From the NCBI RefSeq assembly GCF_004010195.1, contig NC_057738.1:26203063-26267062 (forward strand): a DNA stretch of 64,000 nt, read 5' to 3'. The notes under the pieces are model-generated. The model made no database searches. It worked only from the letters and a program-made list of their open reading frames with translations, and was not told the origin of the DNA. Positions 23,497 through 36,270 of this stretch are shown piece by piece (the first letter of the stretch is position 1; each line of letters opens with the position of its first letter). Position numbers and translations under genes: made by a program. Origin of the DNA: Chiloscyllium plagiosum. Lineage: Eukaryota.

Positions 23497-25282
23497 GGCA
23501 CAGTAGGTTAGTGACAATGAATTGTCTCAATCCCAACCCAACGCTGAACCATACACTAACAGAGGAAACAAATACCACTCGATCCTTTTCTGCAGAACTA
23601 CCAAAGGGCTGCAAAAGTACGAGTCTGACCCCCAACACGAAAAGAAGAAGTCAAAGAAAACCCAGATGAAAAGAAAAAACTTCGAGCATGTAAGGTCACC
23701 ATTTTAAGGACATCACTGCTTTAAAACAAAACAGACAGTTAGCAGCTAAAACATGATAAATCCACAAAACATGGCAGCAGCAACTGTGGAAGCAGCAAAA
23801 GGCATGGTAAGCACTTTGAAGGCAAAACTTCATTCAGAAGCTGGTAAAAAGTGCTGAATGGGAATTATGGCTAAGAAAAAGAGAGGAAAACCCAGCCAAA
23901 CTTATAAATTATGGAAACTTTAGACCTCTCTGTCAAGATCAACTGAAGAATCCAATAGGTAAAATTCGAGATCTCTAAGCGAATAAGGAACATGATGAAA
24001 AAACACTCAAAGATGAGAAAGGATCTCTCCTCTGACAATGAGTATTGCTGCCAGCAATCTTAAGCTCACAAGATATAAGTGCAAGAAACAGTGCAAGGAC
24101 ATGAACATGAATTTAGACCAGGTCTATACAATTGAGAAGAACTCAAAATTTATTTAAGTTAATATGAACAAAGTTAAAGAAATTTAATGAAACAATTCAG
24201 CCAAAGAAGCAAAGTCAGGAAAAGTATAAGGTTTAAAAGAACCAGAACACAAAACTTAAATCAGGATTTTGGTAGAACATTTACTACAGATCCAACCGGA
24301 GAACGTCCTGTAAAACATTGTGTAGAAGAGGGGCCTTGACATTTCAGCCCATGGAAAGCAGAAAACTCCCCATTTTCTTCAGAAGGATGACATGGCTGCA
24401 GAAGGCAGGAAAGAAGTGGTAGGCATCCTTGAAAAAGGAGATCTAGTGAATGGTACAATGATACAGTATTAAAAAGGAATGTATTTAAAATGTTTGAAAG
24501 CATTTAAATTATGAAAGCATACTCAGTAATACAATTTAAGGCTTTATTGAAGAACTAACATAATATTACAGTATTGCAATTTTAAAAGACTAGAAAATAA
24601 AAACCTATAACTATATAGCTGTAGGATGAAGTCTAATAGGTTCTACAGTCATTCAATTTAAAACAACATTCATCAATACAAGAAAACAAGCTGAAGGTAC
24701 AGCAGATGTAAAACAACAAGTTTTAAGGTTTAAAATACCTAACCATCAGTAAGATTAACCTACATTTGTGAAGAAATGGAAGGAGTCATGTTTCTTTATA
24801 GATTCCACAACAGAGAAGGACCACGTAGAACAACAACATTGGACTTTGTGGAGGTGCCAATTCTTAAGATATATCATTGTGTCCAAATTGAAAACTGAAA
24901 CTGAGCAAGTTAGTGCACTGTTTTATTCATTGAGTCTGACTGTGGGTAATGTTATTAACAGACAAAGTATCAAAAACAGTACAGACATTTTTGACGATGT
25001 TCCAACAGCTTTTGATAATTACTTAAGTTCATGGAAAAATAAAACTTTTGAATGAGCCAGACTTAATAGAAGAATTTAGCTTCCAGGAGAATCCACAGAT
25101 AATTTAATTAATGACATTCACTGATTAATGGAAAACCTGAATGCAAAGTTATGAAATCAGAAAGCATGAGAGACAGAATTGCTGCGAGCATTACGAATGA
25201 AGCTTTGTTGGATTTCTTAGAATCTAAAGAAGAATTAATTTGGGAGAAAGCAGAAACCAAAATGGACAGATTCTTAGAGAAG

Positions 25283-25568
25283 GCAAAAGTGAGGACTGCA
25301 GATGCTGGAAACCAGAGGTTAGATCAGAGTGGTGCTGGTAAAGCACAGCAGGTCAGGCAGCATCCGAGGAGCAGGAAAATCGACATTTTGGGGGAAAAGT
25401 CCTTCATCAGCCCTTCCTGATGAAGGGCTTTTGCCCAAAACATCGATTTTCCTGCTCCTCGGATGCTGCCTGACCTGCTGTGCTTCAGGGCTTTTGCCCG
25501 AAACGTCGATTTTCCTGCTTCTCAGATACTGCATGACCTGCTGTGCTTTTCCAGCACCACTCTGATCT
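25283..25568. mobile_element. Penelope-terminus inverted plus tandem insertion with hammerhead motifs
   Basis: 15 bp TSD AGATTCTTAGAGAAG at 25268-25282 and 25569-25583; one minus arm then two plus arms. Confidence 0.9.
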
Positions 25569-27029
25569 AGATTCTTAGAGAAGACTAAGGTTACCTCAAA
25601 AAGTAACAGAATCCATCCACTTCATAAGGTTTGGACATGCTAAAAAGGCATGTGACAAACCAATACAGAGAACAATCCAAACACCTGATGTAGAACAAAA
25701 GTATCAGCACTTTGGAATAACAAAAATTCACAGGCCCTAGAAGGAAAATTTACAAAACCATTAAAACTTGGAAATGAATGCTTTGGTCACACTGGAGTTC
25801 CATTTTGAAGTATACAAGCTGAGCTGGAACAGCATGTGTCATTCTTAATTTTTCTTCCCCTTCTGGAATTAGACCATGTCCTATAATCATTAATGAATGC
25901 TACATTTGCAATATTGTAGATCACTTCCAGAAAATGTGCAGAAATAAGTCACCATTTTGGAACAGCCAGAATACTGGTGATCATGAATGCAAAGAGATCT
26001 ACATAACTGAACCACCTTGAGAAATCTATTGGTAAAGATATCTGGGGTAGTAAATAAAGAACTAACAAACAAAAATGAGCCTGAATGGATAGAGCATTTC
26101 TGATATAATGGATATCCTGTTGATTTCGTCCTTGATACAGCAAGCATTACTGTCCTATCTAACTAGTTACCATGGCTGAAGGAGCACAAGTTAAGAGATA
26201 AGACCACATGGCACCAGTGGAATAGCTGTCAGAAGAATAGACACATAAGGATGCTACTGGTGACATTATAATAGAATTTACATAACAGAGTTGAAGATGT
26301 TCACAATCAATCAACTTCAATTCTGAGCCTGTTCCTGGGTCTCATTTTCAATTTCATCAGGAGAGTTTGAGATCAACAACCTCCCAAGAACAACTATTTC
26401 AGAAGCACACAGCTGCATAAACACTGCACTGCGATCGATCAGTCTGTCAAGAAGCCAACAGCAGAAGACTTCACTGAGCTCCCCCATAACATGGAACCAA
26501 GCAGAAAAAAAAAGGATTATTTAAGATCACTGTTGGACATTGAAGCTACAATCTTTACAGGACTGGTGGAAATGTTCACTCTTCTGTTTCTGAACTAGAA
26601 TGGCTAATGCCAGTGATAGACAAGGTGCAGAATAAGCAGCAATCCTTTACCAACATGACTGAGTGTCTGAAAAGTTCATTTCATCAGTTAAACAACCATC
26701 CTGGGTAGGTGAAAGCATCAAGTCATATCAACAACTCAATGCAGATCAGCTGCTTGTGGCTCTATGGCCACCACACCAATAGCTAAGAAGAGAAAATGCC
26801 TAGTTTTAGCATTCAAGATATTGCTAATAAAAAGTGACTACCTTTTCGAATTTGAAAGTGGTTGCTCAATTATGAGAAATCCTAACTTTGAGGGAAACAG
26901 AAACATGTGTTTCATCAGGACAGCTGTCATACATGGTGGACATTAATAAGATTAAAAATCCTCTATGTGCTGTTGTGGGGTAACTACCTGAGTGCCACAT
27001 ATGGTACCTCACACCTTCAATCCAATATC

Positions 27030-27372
27030 TGGGCCAACATTGCACTTACTATTAAACTTCACTTGAGAATGTAACTTTAAAGAAGTTCTGGGATATACAT
27101 ATGAAAGAACTGAAACTAACATACTCATTCTAAAAGATGAGAGACTTAACAAACAATCCAGGTCTTTTTCAATATATAATTTTAGTTACATCACACTGTA
27201 AATTTTTGCTATAAATTCTATGTCCTACGATCTTATACACCACAACCACCTGATGAAGGAGCAGCACTCCGAAAGCTAAGTGCTTCCAAATAAACCTGTT
27301 GGACTATACCTTGGTGTTGTGTGATTTTTAACTTTGTCCACCCCAGTCCAACACTGGCACCTCCAAATCATG
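27030..27372 (+). mobile_element. Penelope-like element 3' end (second family) with intact hammerhead core
   Basis: CTGATGAAGGAGCAGCACTCCGAAAGCTA at 27250-27278, followed by AATAAACCTGTTGGACTATA tail. Confidence 0.75.
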
Positions 27373-27701
27373 ACTAACCAGGAAGTTACTCTGTGAATAG
27401 AATTCAGGCAATATAGGATGTTCTAGGTAAGGGAGTGACCCAACAATATGGTCCACAAGGATCCAAAGTTCTTTGTGAAGGATAACCAAAAGATAAAAGA
27501 TTCTCCAGCAGAGAAATAATCCAGAAGCAATTTCAACAACCCTCTAGCAATAACATAATATTCTTCGACATTCAAAGAGAGTGCCTATATGGAAAATTGT
27601 GAAACATCCTGACCAACTGCATTTGTAAAGCGGGAGACAGTGATAAATGTAAGATGGTTTTATTCATAACTGTATCAATGGCTAACATGTGTGGATGGAG
27701 A

Positions 27702-27991
27702 TATTATATAAGGTAATAGATCAGAAAAAATACTGGTATTGAAGTTACATTGAGCTGCACACATTCTGTTGATGTCACAGTCTGTTAGGGAGTTCTACTT
27801 TAGCCTTCATTGGGAGCACATGTAATTAATACATTGTTGGCCATTCTAGTAATTATGACTGCCTCATAATGTAGTTGCTCTTATTATGCTACAAACCATC
27901 TTGTTAACTGAAAAGGTTATCTCAGCTGGATGGAATCTGCAGTAGTGAATCCATTGCTCCTGATCATTAGACAGGCTCTAGAAACATTACA
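27702..27991 (+). repeat. 3' LTR
   Basis: TATTATATAAGGTAAT...CACATTCTGTTG..CACAGTCTG...ATTACA; preceded by GTGGATGGAGA. Confidence 0.7.
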
Positions 27992-28230
27992 GACAAAGGA
28001 GGTTTGGTGATAATGTAATAATCAAATAACTCTTACTCTGAACTACACATGAGCAGAGGTGATAGATACCATGAGATGCTAATGGTTGCAATAAACATCT
28101 GCTTCAATCTGACAGAAAAGAGATTAAAATATAATTTTCTATCAATAAAACAGAATCATCTGGATCTCATCACGTTCAGCTTTACCTTGCTTTTCAGGGC
28201 AGTGGCAAATCTATTGGGTCTCCTTCCTTC

Positions 28231-29453
28231 TGTTATGACATAGCGGTGAACCTTTCTGTTAATCAAACCAAACACCCAGAAAAGCTCACCTCACCTCGTA
28301 ATCTGTTAAAATATATGTAATAGTGAACTCCCAAATTCCACTATTTAAAGAAAATAACATCAATTTATTCTGTAACTCTAAAAGTGAACATTTAAAAAAA
28401 ACACAACTATTCGCAACTCTAAGCCCTCCCTTCTCTTAACTGTTTGTAATCTGCTTCCATCTCTATAATCAGTATGCTGTAGCCATCAACAGGTCCAGGC
28501 AGCGGGCCATGGAGGGGGTCGTTAGGGCCGATTGCCTGCCCCTCTTCCGCGGTTACGTTAGGGCCCGGGTGTCCTTGGAGAAGGAGAACGCGGTAGCCAC
28601 CAACACCCTGGAGTTGTTCAGGGAGAGGTGGGCGCCGCAGGGAGTGGAGTGCATTATTTCCCCCTCCAACTCTATTTTGATTTAGTCCCTACCCTCCCTC
28701 TCACTGTTTGATCACACAGCATTGCCCTTTGATGTGAAGGGCAGTGTTTGTCACTGGCCACTCGGGTGTTTTCCTATCTTCCTGGTGGGGAAAATTGAAT
28801 AAAGATTTGTACACGATGTGTCTCTCACTGTGTCTCACACCTGCACACACACACCATGGGTGCTGGGAAAAAAAAGCACTACCGCAGTTAGGCGGTAGTG
28901 TGGGGGTTAAAAAAAAATTAAAAAATAAAAAAAGCAAGAAAAAAAAATCAGTATGCTCTTCCAAAAATACACTTATTAAAATTACATCAGCTTAATTTCA
29001 AAACCACACAGCTGCTGTCATCATTGGCGTTTTCTTCTTATGGCTGATTCATCCTCTTTGTTTTTACTGCGAATATGTTTTGTACGAAAATGTACCTTTG
29101 ATAGAGAGTGTTAACCAATTTCTTGGATCTTTGTTGATGGCAGTTGCTCTGTCTCTAATTTTCAAAATGCCTGCATTTTTGTATCCCCAACATCAGACCA
29201 TCTCATTCGTTTGATGTTGGCAAAACAATAAATTCAAACTTGATCAGGTTTTACTATCCTGGGGTATTCTTTAAACTGATTTGTATTATTGTCAACCAGG
29301 TATCCATTTCACGGCCAAATGTTCCATGTTTTCAATTTTCCAGTATACTCTGAGACTGTCATTTAGTCATATCAGAGGTGCTTGTAAGCTCTCAGTTCCA
29401 AACAGCATTCACTCTCTCTTAAAGGTACAGTCCATGCCTTCAACTTCATAACA
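28231..29453. mobile_element. Solo LTR interrupted by a Tx1 insertion
   Basis: Inverted termini TGTTATGA...TCATAACA; near-TSD CTTC/CTTT. Confidence 0.7.
28479..28945 (+). mobile_element. Young 5'-truncated Tx1-clade LINE 3' end
   Basis: Open frame AINRSRQRA..LFRGYVRARVSLE..LELFRERWAPQGV..LI*; CpGs intact; poly(A); 12 bp TSD AATCAGTATGCT at 28467-28478 and 28946-28957. Confidence 0.85.
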
Positions 29454-29489
29454 CTTTGTTCTATATATTTCTATGAGACCATTAATGTC

Positions 29490-29875
29490 TTCAGGATGCA
29501 CTGAATCTCCTCATAGACATTGAAGTCCTTTTGAAATGTAACTACAATTCCAGTACTGAAAAACAAAGCAGCCATTACCACTTCATTATCTGTCTGTCTT
29601 TTTAACTGTGGTTTGAGGGACAAATAGTGACCAGGAGACCAGAGAGTAGTTCTGACTTTTATGGAACCCTGCTATAGATTTTTGTTTTAAATTTCAAGAG
29701 TGGAAGAATGACATGGCCACAATTTAATGTCTTAGTCAATGATGGCATCTCTGACAATGTGATTCTCCCTCAACACTACACTGGAATGTCAGGCAAGACT
29801 TATCAATCAGAGGCTGAAGTAGGAGTTGAATCTGCAATCTGACTCCAAGAGAGATTGATACCAGCTGAGGCACAG
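29490..29875 (-). mobile_element. SacSINE1/Deu-domain SINE (old)
   Basis: TTTAATGTCTTAGTCAATGATGGCATCTCTGACAATG..CTCCCTCAACACTACACTGG resembles the reverse complement of the Deu domain; tRNA-like head near 29820-29875. Confidence 0.65.
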
Positions 29876-30974
29876 GTTTGTCATGAAGTCAATAACATTT
29901 TGCCACTGAGTTGAAGCATGTCAGAAAATGACCTAGGGAGTAACCTTGAAAGGTTGAGTGTATCGTCTGTACTTTATAGGCTGAGGACAAGCAGCCATGT
30001 TTCTCTAATCCCACAAGACCCTAATCCAGCACTTCCTGCTCAAACTTCCATTCAATAATTCCCTGCCTCAATCCACCAGCTATTCTAGGCCAGCCCAGTG
30101 CTGGAACAAAGGCATGGTGATAGGTGTAGCAGTTAAGGTTGCTGTGACCCATCTGCAGTGAGGTGGGCCAGAAACAAACAAACTCCTATGGTTTCTCACA
30201 GGAATCCCATTTAATGGTTACAGTCGACCACAAGATCCCAGAGATTCTCAGACAGTTTGTCAATCCAACAGAGGTTTTTTTTAAATGCACTCCAGCTGTA
30301 AAGAAGCTGAAAGACTGAATGAAGTCAGTAGAGAGTGAGGTCAAGTGACATGTAAAGCTAACGTTCCATCTGATCCTGTGGCCTTAATACAGAAAGAACA
30401 AAATTTCCAGAATCCCTGCTGTGCTGCCAACTTCCATTGTATCAACTTTGATATTTCTGTCTGCCTCTCTGCTCTACAGGAATGGATATGTTAAAGCACT
30501 TAATGTCAATTTGTATTTCATTTTCATACATTTCAATTAATTTCAATACATGCTATAATGAACCACGTAGAATGCGTGCAATCCACTAATCAATTTTCTA
30601 TGTAACAATCTCAAGCAGCTGTACGTAGGCTTGCCTGGCTGATAACCTGATTCGTTTCCATTTAATAGGTTTCGAAAATAAATATTAAGTCTGATGTTCC
30701 CTCATTTTGTTGTGGGATATTTGCCTTCCTTCTGCATTTGTTGCAAACCTGGGCTTAACAATGGTTAGCTGATGGGGTAGAGGTTTGAAATTCAGACTAA
30801 ACATTCTTTGTGTACTGAGTGGTAAATGTTTCCTGACTGAGTGGATGGTCAGATATTCAGATTGAGATTGACTTTTCGCATTCCACACAAGACTGTGAGT
30901 TTGCTATCAACTCAGCGACATGCTGAAGAGCAATATGGTTAGAAGTTAAAAGGTATGTGGAGCACATTTTTAAA

Positions 30975-33240
30975 GATTCTTTTGGGGGAACGTGGTCATC
31001 ACTGGCAGGGCCAGCATCTATTCCCTGTCACTAGTTGTCCTTGAGATGGTAGTGGTGACCGGCCTCCTTGAAGTGCTGTGCGCCACTTATAGAACATAGA
31101 ACATAGAACATAGAAGAATATAGCGCAGTACAGGCCCTTTGGCCCTCGATGTTGCGCCGATCCAAGCCCACCTAACCTATACTAACCCACTATCCTCCAT
31201 ATACCTATCCAATGCCCGCTTAAATGCCCATAAAGAGGGAGAGTCCACCACTGCTACTGGCAGGGCATTCCATGAACTTACGACTCGCTGAGTGAAGAAC
31301 CTACCCCTAACTTCAGTCCTATATCTACCCCCCCTTAATTTAAAGCTATGCCCCCTTGTAATACCCGACTCCATACGCGGGAAAAGGTTCACACTGTCAA
31401 CCCTATCTAACCCCCTAATCATCTTGTACACCTCAATCAAGTCACCCCTAAACCTTCTTTTCTATAATGAAAACAGCCCCAAGTGTCTCAGTCTTTCCTC
31501 ATACGATCTTCCTTCCATACCAGGCAACATCCTGGTAAACCTCCTCTGCACCCGTTCCAGTGCCTCCACATCCTTCCTATAGTATGGCGACCAAAACTGC
31601 ACACAATATTCCAGATGCGGCCGCACCAGAGTCTTATACAACTGCATCATGACCTCAGGACTCCGGAACTCAATTCCTCTACCAATAAAAGCCAGTACGC
31701 CATATGCCTTCCTCACCGCACTATTTACCTGGGTGGCAACTTTCAGAGATCTGTGTACATGGACACCAAGATCCCTCTGCTCATCCACACTACCAAGTAT
31801 CCGACCATTAGCCCAGTACCCCATCTTTTTGTTATTCTTCCCAAAGTAAATGACCTCACATTTAGCTACATTGAATTCCATTTGCCACCTTTCTGCCCAG
31901 CTCTGCAGCTTCTCTATATCCTGCTGTAACCTGCCACATGCTTCCTCACTGTCAACAACTCCTCCGACTTTCGTATCATCCGCAAACTTGCTCACCCAAC
32001 CTTCTAACCCCTCTTCCAGGTCATTTATAAAAATGACAAACAGCAATGGTCCCAAAACAGATCCTTGCGGAACACCGCTAGTGACGGCACTCCATGAAGA
32101 AACTTTGCCATCAACTACTACCCTCTGTCTTCTTCCATCCAGCCAATTCCTAATCCAAACCTCCAACTCACCCTCAATGCCATATCTCCGTATTTTCTGC
32201 ACTTGTTGTGGGTTAACTCCCAATGCCATTAGGGAGGCAATTTCAGGATTTTGACCCAGCGACAGTGAAGGAATGCAATATATTTCCAAGTCAGAATGGT
32301 AAGTGGCTTGGAGGGCAACTTGCAGGTGCTGGTCTTCCCACGTATCTGCTGCCTTGTCCTTCTCATAAGAAGTAGTTGTGAATTTGGAAGATGCTGCCTG
32401 AAGATCTTGGGTGAATTTCTGCAGTGCATCTTGTATATAGTGCACACTGCTGTAACTGAGTGTTGGTGATGGAAGGAGTGGTGCTAATCAAATGGGCTGT
32501 TTTGTCCTGAATGTTGTCAAGCTGAACATTGTGCAATCATCGGTGAACATCCCCACTTCTGACCTTATGATGGATGGTGTCAAGCTACTGTGTTTTGATG
32601 GAGTTGCACCCATGCAGACAAATGGGGAACACTCTATCTCATTCCTGTCTGTGCATTGTAGATGGTGGGTCAGGCTTTGGGAAGTCAGGGGTGAATTACT
32701 TGCCGCAGTATTCCTAGCTTCTGACCTGCTCTTGTAGTCACTCTTTTATATGGTGAGTCCGCTGGATTTTGGTAACTCCTAGGGGATTCAGTGATTGCAA
32801 CACCATTGTATATCAAGGAATAGTGTTTAGATTGTCTCTTACTAGTGATGGTCATTGCCTGGCATTTGTGAGGTGTGAATGTTACTTACCACTTGTTGGC
32901 CCAAGCTTGGGTATTGTCCAGATCTTGTTGCATTTGAACATGGACTGCTTCAGTATCTGAGGAGTCAAAATTAGTGCTGAATATTGTGCAATCATCAGCA
33001 AACATCCCCAATTATCAACTTATGATGGAGGCAAGGTCATTGATGAAGAAGCAGCTGAAGATGGTTAGGTCTAGGACACTACCTTGAGGAACTCCTGCAG
33101 AGATGTCCTATAGTTGAGATGACTAGCCTCCAACAATCATGACCATCTTCCTATATGTCAAGTATGACTTCACACACAGGAGAGTTTGCCTCCTGATCCC
33201 AGTTTTGTTAGGGCACATTGATAACACGTCTCATTGAATG
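30975..33240 (-). mobile_element. L2-type LINE split by a CR1 insertion
   Basis: L2 tail at 30975-31088; body resumes at ~32199 with reverse-complement GVPQGSVL (ACACTACCTTGAGGAACTCC) and FADDC (GCAATCATCAGCAAACAT). Confidence 0.8.
31089..32198 (-). mobile_element. Young 5'-truncated CR1 LINE
   Basis: Nearly intact RT (GVPQGSVLGP, KFADDTK, LVRPHLEYCVQFW); (AGAACAT)n tail; CpG-rich. Confidence 0.95.
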
Positions 33241-35444
33241 CATGCCTGCAAACCATTTTTGCATTGATATGCAACAATCCAGTCAAGGTGGGATTCTCAG
33301 GTAAAATATTTGAATAAAGCTTTGTTTCCATTTGAAGTCTGATTTAAATTTAACTCACCATGGATTTTCTAGCATGCAGGAAACCTGGAAGTGAAATGTA
33401 GGTGGAACTTGTTGGTTCAGGAAAGTAACTGCCTTTTGCAGCACCCAACCTAAAAATACCTTCCCACCTCACCACCAGACTCGCTTTGAATGGCTCAGCC
33501 TCTCCTTGTCCTCTCCTCATATGTCACCCTTTGCTTTAAATGGTGACCTCCCCACCTGTCTAAGCCGAACCCTGAAACCTAACTCGAATCCTGATCTCTA
33601 TTTCCCAATTTCCTAAATGCTGCTGCTTCCCTCGCCTTGATTCCAACCAAGTCCTCATCGCTATCTCCCTGCCCCAAACACTTTCAGGCTGTTTCTCCAT
33701 GAGCCATGGTTGAGGCCTTCTAACTGTTAACTTTCTGGTCCAAGAGCCAGCTAACTGTCCATTTGTCTTTTGGGAAATGGAAGTAAAGTGTTATGGTAAA
33801 GCACAAATGTTAAATTTATCAGGACCTCTGAGGACTTGATCTTGCTGGACATTCTCTCATATTGGTATGCTCCCTCATCTTCTCCCTGCAAAGACTGGTT
33901 CCTGTGTTTTAGTCAGTCAATCAAAATGAAACTGCAACAAGACATAGAGAATCATGGATTCCCGTGCATCAGTTCTCATAACCCATCCTGCATTCTTTAC
34001 ACTTCCTAGTAACTCTCCTTCACTTGGTATGACATTTTCCTGGTTCTTCTACTTCTGCATTCCAGTCAGTTTAAGATACTGTGTTCTACACAAATAAATA
34101 GAACTATTCTGAGGCATCATAGACCACAGTGTAAGATGTGTTGTCAAAATGGCTTTCCTCACAAATGGAGATCCAAAAGGGTGTTTCAAGAAAAGGGACC
34201 AATTATTAAATGGAAGATGTTCTTTTTCCTCAAATTTTCCTCTAAATACTGCACATAATGGTATATGTAACACTGGAAATACGTTACTTACCTCCTTATC
34301 TTCTTGGAGGCTAATAAAAGCTAATTCTACTACTACATAATCCATGCTTCAGAAAATCAAACAACTCATGGATCAATAGCTTTGATTTTGAACAGGACTG
34401 CACAGGATATTGAGTTCAAACTAAGGCCAGGAACTGGAGAAAATTACAGACTGCAATGATGTAAATTCAGATCCATGTATCAGAGTCAACCCTGAAGATT
34501 TAATTTTAATCTTCTAAATTGCCAAACTCAAGTAATAACTGAGGAATGTGATGCCGGACTTATAATCGCTAATTTTCAGAGTAATTAAAATCCAACGTGC
34601 ATTAAAAAAGAAACTGAGACTGTGGTTGACAAGCTCAAATTATCTGTGATGAGTTTGATTTCTAACCATGTACAAGAACACCAACTTTACGGACAGGAGA
34701 TTTTCGAAGCACAGTGAATCCGCTTAGACAAATTTAGAAAACTATTAGGCATGGAAAGAATGTTAACAGTGGAGTAAAAAGGGATGTTTTCTTTTATTAA
34801 AAAAAGGTAAGGTACAATGGCCATAATTTAGAAAGACAAAACAATTCCTGTGAGAAGGAGGTAGTCAATGATGCCACAGGAGCATCTATGGAGGTAGGGT
34901 TTAAATAATTTGCAGATGAGCCTCTACTGTGATGTATCTGTGATTTCATGTGAAAGAGAGCCTGCGAGAAAGATACAACTAAAGTGGCTGAAGGTGGAGA
35001 GCTCTACTGCACAATCATCTTGTGCAGTAATAAATATTGCTTAGAGAAATATCTTGACATCTGGCTTGAGCTCAGCCAAACAGAGAAACCCATTGTAAAA
35101 CAGCACCAGCTCTCGGAGACATAGCTGAGCTTTCAACAGTAATATCATTGGAGCATTGTGAGGTACACGAGGACTTAGTCTCAGGCCTCCATCTATTTTT
35201 AAGAGCACAGTAAGGTCTCTGCAGTTGCACCTTACTGCTTCACAATAGTCCAGGACAATACACAGAATGTCAGAAGGAGTTCTAGGTTACTCCTTGGCCT
35301 TTTCACTCAAACAATGTCAGGAATGGAACCCTGTTCTAAATGGATCAAATTCCTGACACAGGCAGCTCTGTGCTGGGAGCATAAAGAAAGAAGGATTACT
35401 TCAAACTGCAAAGTTAGAGGAGAACAAATTCCATTGGAATCTTT

Positions 35445-36270
35445 TTGCCAAGGATCTTGATCAGATGGATCAATGGGCCAAGGAGTGACAGATGAAGTTA
35501 AATTAAGTTAAATATGAGATAATGCATTTTGGAAATGCAAATCACGGCAGGACTTGTATACTTAGTGGTAAGGTTCTGAAAATTGTGTGGCTGAACAAAG
35601 AGACCGTGGAGCGCAGGTTCATATTTCCTTGAAAGTGAAGTTGCAGGTAGATGGTATGATGAAAAAGGCGTTTGGTATGTTTTCCTTTATTGGACAGTGC
35701 ATTGAGTATAGTTGTTGGGAGGTCATGTTGCGGCTGTGCAGGTCATTGATGAGGTCACTTTTGAAATACTGCATGGAATTCTGGTCTCCCTGTTATAAGA
35801 TAGATGTTGTGAAACTTGAAAGAGTTCAGAAAATATTTGCAAGGATGTTGCCAGAATTGGAGAGTTGTCAGAGTTCAGGGTTGAGGGGTGATAATAGAAG
35901 TTTACAAAATCATGAGGGCCATGGATTGGGTAAATAGAGAAGGTCTTTTCCCTGGGGTAGCGAAGTCCAAAACTAGAGGACATAGGTTTAGGGTGAGAGG
36001 GGAAAGATTTAAAAGGGACCTAAGGGGCAATATTTTCAAGCAGAGGGTAGTGCGTGTATGGAATGAGATGCCAGAAGAAGTGGTGGAGGCTGGTACAATT
36101 CTAATATTTAAAAAGCATTAGGATGGGTATATGAATAGGAAGGCTTTAGGGGGACATAGGCAACTTGCTGGCAATTGGGTCCAGCTTTATATAGGATATC
36201 TGGTCAACCATGGAAAGCTTGGACTGAAGGGTCTGTTTCTGTGCTGTATATCTCTATGACTCTATGACTA
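35445..36270 (+). mobile_element. CR1 LINE 3' fragment
   Basis: LKYCMEFWSP, KTRGHRFRVRG, FKQRVVRVWN; (CTCTATGA)n tail. Confidence 0.9.

Larger units (their letters stand above)
23071..27991 (+). mobile_element. Decayed Gypsy (Mag-like) LTR retrotransposon, internally deleted
   Basis: Two LTRs; PBS-like GGCACAGTAGGT at 23497; gag WTLWRCQFLRY..EQVSALFY..FE*ARLNRR..PGES..MRDRI; protease NGYPVDFVLDT (~26108-26140); integrase tail KIVKHPDQLHL*; purine tract before 27702. Confidence 0.8.

Noticed and set aside
31462-32445. Longest ORF (327 aa) as a host gene
   Set aside because: Chance in-frame fusion of an L2 3' region with a truncated CR1 RT at the insertion junction (~32198)
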